Source: a virus (Duplodnaviria; Caudoviricetes). From it: a stretch of 56,078 nt of DNA. The stretch's first letter is position 1, and the number at the start of each line of letters is the position of its first letter. The notes below the pieces were generated by a model, which was not told the DNA's origin, ran no database searches, and saw only the letters and a program-made list of their open reading frames with translations. The position numbers and the translations under genes are program-made. The DNA lies in the IMG/VR virus record IMGVR_UViG_3300033407_000018, positions 1-56,078 of that record. One strand, given 5' to 3'. Shown here piece after piece: positions 52,615 to 56,078 of the stretch.

Positions 52615-54363
52615 TTAGGTCAGGCTGGGCGCTCCACGCCACTCCAGAGAATTCGTACCGCCGCGCCAGACAATACCGCCCGCATCATCGACTGCTACCA
52701 TCGCACGGCCGAGCGCCATGATTCCGGCAACCACGCCGTCAATTTTGTTTTGGTCGCGCTGCTTGGTCGGGTAGTAGTACTTCAGTGGACCGCCGCCGCG
52801 GCCTTCCTTCTTGACGACATTGCCCATCATCCACGTCAGCACCGGGTCTCCCTGGTGCCGTAATGATCCGCCGTATATCGCGGCTTCCATTTCCTTCATG
52901 GGCTCACTCATCAACGCCGGACCTTGCGGAACATCGACGCAGGTAAACGACGCCCACTCCTGCACATTGGTAATCAGGTAGTTGGCTTCCTTTTGATCGA
53001 AGGCCAACTCCTGCACGCTGAAGAACGCGGAAGCCTCCCGGATGTCGTTCTCGATCCGGCGCAGGTCCGTTCGCGCGCCGTCGGTTTGAATCAGCCAACC
53101 TTCGTCGCGCCACTTGCGGTAGTGCGCGTTGTGCGGCAGTTCGATGGTGTCTTTGGGAAGGTAGTGCTTACAGAACCAGATGATCTCATTGCCGCGCTTG
53201 AAAATGTAAGCCAGCGACGCAATGTCGATCTTGCTGGCAAGGTCGGCACCCAACCAGCATTGCTGGCCGCGGAAGTCTTCAAGGTTCAGCGACAAGTCTT
53301 TTTGCCGCTCCCAGATGACCATGTTCATCCAGCCGACACCGGCATTCATCCAGCGATTCAAATGCTTGGTCTGCTTGATGTTCTGCTCGGATGGACTCTG
53401 CTCGGCATCGCGCAGCATGGCGCGGAGATTGTCCTCGTAGACCGACACGCCGAAGTTGGGATTTGCCTTCTTCCAGTTGCCGAAGTCCGTCCACGAGTCA
53501 TCCTGATCGATACCGAAAATAGCAGTGAATAGGTGATCGTTCTCAAGCGTGCCATCCAGAACCTTCTCCGCGCTCAAATGCTTGTCGTAGCAAGGACCGG
53601 ATGTATCGGAGCCCGCTGTCGTGATGATAACGAGCATCGGCTGCGACCGCGCGCCCATGCCGGTTTTCATCGCGTCGTACAGCGCCGGCGTGGTGTGCTC
53701 GTGGTACTCGTCCACGATTGCGCATGACGGCGAATCACCGTCACCGGGTTTTCCGATGATCGGCGCGAAACGGCTACCTGTCGATAGCTGATAGATCGGA
53801 CCGGGGTTCGCATCCGTGCCGCCGACTTCGAGGCCGAAGTGCGCCTTGAACTCCGGGTTCTTCTGGACCATGCGCCACGCCATGCGGAACACGGCGTAGG
53901 CTTGCTCCATCGAGGTCGCGCCGGAGAACACTTCCGCGCCGACTTCATCGTCAGCGAAGGCCATGTACAGGCCGATGATGGCGCCGATTGTGGACTTCGA
54001 GTTCTTGCGTGGAATTTCCCAATAGAGTTCACGGAACCGCCGTAGTCCATCCGACTTGCGGACCCACCCGAACGCGACGGACAGCAAGAAACACTGCCAG
54101 TCTTCCAGCCGGATCAGCGGTAGTTCGCCGAGTTTCTTCGGCCGCGCCCACTCGCCTTTGACGTGGACCATGTTCTCAGCGAATTCGCAGATACGCTTCG
54201 CCTTTGCGGGGTCGAACTTGTACGGGTACGACTTGTCTTTCGACTTGGCAAGGTCGTCGAGATGCCGCTTGCATGCCGACTGCACCAGCTTGCCGGCCGG
54301 GATCTTCTGCGCGGCTACCGCTTTCGCGTACCGTTTTGCCCGATCGGCGTAGGACAGGCTCAT
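52615..54363 (-). CDS. terL: terminase large subunit
   Basis: IPRKNSKST Walker A, IVDEYH Walker B, ITTAG, KANPN, GADLAS, KIDGVVA. Confidence 0.96.
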   Translation of the reverse strand: MSLSYADRAKRYAKAVAAQKIPAGKLVQSACKRHLDDLAKSKDKSYPYKFDPAKAKRICEFAENMVHVKGEWARPKKLGELPLIRLEDWQCFLLSVAFGWVRKSDGLRRFRELYWEIPRKNSKSTIGAIIGLYMAFADDEVGAEVFSGATSMEQAYAVFRMAWRMVQKNPEFKAHFGLEVGGTDANPGPIYQLSTGSRFAPIIGKPGDGDSPSCAIVDEYHEHTTPALYDAMKTGMGARSQPMLVIITTAGSDTSGPCYDKHLSAEKVLDGTLENDHLFTAIFGIDQDDSWTDFGNWKKANPNFGVSVYEDNLRAMLRDAEQSPSEQNIKQTKHLNRWMNAGVGWMNMVIWERQKDLSLNLEDFRGQQCWLGADLASKIDIASLAYIFKRGNEIIWFCKHYLPKDTIELPHNAHYRKWRDEGWLIQTDGARTDLRRIENDIREASAFFSVQELAFDQKEANYLITNVQEWASFTCVDVPQGPALMSEPMKEMEAAIYGGSLRHQGDPVLTWMMGNVVKKEGRGGGPLKYYYPTKQRDQNKIDGVVAGIMALGRAMVAVDDAGGIVWRGGTNSLEWRGAPSLT

Positions 54364-54836
54364 TTACCGAAATTACCCCACTGCGATGCTTTTGGTTTTT
54401 CGGCGGGTGTAGCGTTGATTCTCGACCGTGCTGCTGGCGTCATACCGAATTCGGTCAGGAACTTGTGCATCAGTTCCATTGAGCGCTTCTTGATCGTGTA
54501 GTACGGATTCTCCATCGGGTTCCCGTTTGTCGTCAGGATGACCTTTCGGTCCTTGCCGTCTTTCGTCGAGCACATCCTGGAGGCGTCCAGCCAGTCGGAC
54601 CACGACTCGCAATAAGCCGCCAATGCCGCTCGGTCGATCCGCGATAGAAGTCCAAGCTGGAACAACTCCTGCGAGATGCGCCCCCACTCCACTTTTGCTT
54701 CGTCGCTCAAGTGCGGAGGAACAGCGGGAATGTCAAGCTCCGGCTGGGCTTCATTTTGCGCCGCACGGTCGGCGCGGAATGTGCCCTGCAACAGCTTGAG
54801 TTTCGTGGGTTTTTTTGGGGGGCCAGTGCGCTTCAC
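54360..54836 (-). CDS. terS: terminase small subunit, P27 family
   Basis: GPPKKPT.LK.LQG, PPHLS..AK.EW, EFGMTPAARSR. Confidence 0.93.
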   Translation of the reverse strand: MKRTGPPKKPTKLKLLQGTFRADRAAQNEAQPELDIPAVPPHLSDEAKVEWGRISQELFQLGLLSRIDRAALAAYCESWSDWLDASRMCSTKDGKDRKVILTTNGNPMENPYYTIKKRSMELMHKFLTEFGMTPAARSRINATPAEKPKASQWGNFGK

Positions 54837-56036
54837 TTGGACAATTGCGCCTTTTTACCGGTGAACTCTTCCCAGCGCTTCACGATGACGTCGACGTATA
54901 CCGGATCGATTTCCAATCCGTAGGCAATACGTCCCGTGCTTTCCGCGGCAATGATCGTGGTGCCGCTCCCCATGAATGGATCGTAGACGGCCTGTCCGGG
55001 GTTCGCGTGGTTGAGGATAGGCCGACGCATACATTCCACCGGTTTCTGGGTGCCGTGGCCAGTCGCCTTTTCCTTGCTATTACCACCAAGTGGATTCAGG
55101 TTTTCAATGTCCCAAATCGTTGCTTGCTTCCGATCTCCCGTCCAACTCCCCGTGCCTTTAACCGCGTACCAGCACGGTTCGTGCTGCCAGTGGTAGTCGC
55201 CGCGACTGAACACAAAATGCTGCTTACGCCATATGATTTGCGCGCGAAGCGCAAAGCCGCAGGCGGTCAGGTTCTCTGCGACGGTTGTCGCATGAAGGCC
55301 ACCATGCCAGACGTAGGCTATATTTCCGGGGAACAATGAATAGGCGTTTTTCCAATCGGCGCGGTCGTCGTTGCTGACTTTTCCGACCGCATGGCGCTTA
55401 AAGTTGTCGTATTTTTCGCGCCACTTCGGATCGTACTTCACTCCATACGGCGGATCAGTCACCATTAGCCCTGGCTCAACGCCTCCAAGTAGCCGTGACG
55501 TATCCGTGGCGAGCGTTGAGTCTCCGCAGAGCAACCGATGCTTACCGAGAATCCACAAGTCACCCAGCTTTGCAATAGGTTCCTTCGGCGGCTCCGGGGC
55601 GGCGTTCTCGTCGGTTAGGCCAGAATTCGGCGGCGTCCACGTCGCCAGCTTCTCCAACTCCGCCTCGTCGGAACCCAGCGACCTCCATGTCGAAATCGCC
55701 TGCGTCCAACTCCTGCACTAAATCCGCCAGCGTTGCGAAGTCCCATTCGCCGCCGTGCTTATTCAGCGCCAGGTTCAGCGCCTTTTCGTCGCGGTCGTCC
55801 AGATCCACAACAGAGACCTCGACTTCGCGCGCGCCACCCGCCTCGATTACCGAAAGGCGCTGGTGGCCGCCGACTAGATTGCCGCTGCGTTTATTCCAGA
55901 CCAGCGGCTCCACCAAACCGAACGTCTCGACAGCCTTCTTTAGTTTGTCGTACGCCGGATCTCCCGGCTTCAACGCCTTGCGCGGGTTGTATTTTGCTCG
56001 GCGTATCTGATTGATAGGCAGCGTTTTAATTTCCAT
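54833..56036 (-). CDS. ParB-like domain plus N6-adenine methyltransferase, split by a +1 frame break near 55670
   Basis: YNPR, FGLVEPLVWN, GGHQR (ParB); LGKHRLLCGDST, TDPPY, HGTQKP, DPFMGSGT (MTase); span is 3n+1. Confidence 0.85.
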
Positions 56037-56078
56037 GATGACCCGGGGCGTTCAAACCTGACATAGGGAGAAGAAGCC

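Overview
This GC-rich window looks like an almost complete temperate tailed-phage genome (HK97-type head, non-contractile tail). It is in the excised/attP form, and most genes lie on the - strand. Right to left on the - strand: ParB-DNA methylase, terminase, portal, protease, major capsid, a ~7 kb glycan-modification cluster inserted between the capsid and head-tail connector genes, neck/tail genes, tail fibres, a lysis region and an RHH-led accessory operon with repeated hairpins. A + strand block (10.7-16.6 kb) carries recombination and small accessory genes. The left arm holds Cro-like HTH, xis, attP, an inverted tyrosine integrase, a C5 methylase, a tRNA/ncRNA array, a replication initiator with internal iterons, an intein-containing helicase, an SNF2 helicase and an N4/N6 methylase. 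Strongest candidates for novelty: (1) a probable virion-glycosylation operon whose first glycosyltransferase has no start codon of its own and is reached from the capsid-adjacent ORF across a CCC-TTT-CGT +1 site; (2) a tRNA-bounded array of structured RNAs, including a 145-nt tRNA-mimic and an RNA displaying an anti-Shine-Dalgarno loop; (3) an attP carrying the 5' half of tRNA-Arg(CCT) that splits the early operon in a phage with no recognisable CI; (4) a three-copy hairpin that punctuates small accessory genes. All product calls come from motif recognition by eye and no searches were run. Several single-base frame breaks could be sequencing errors.
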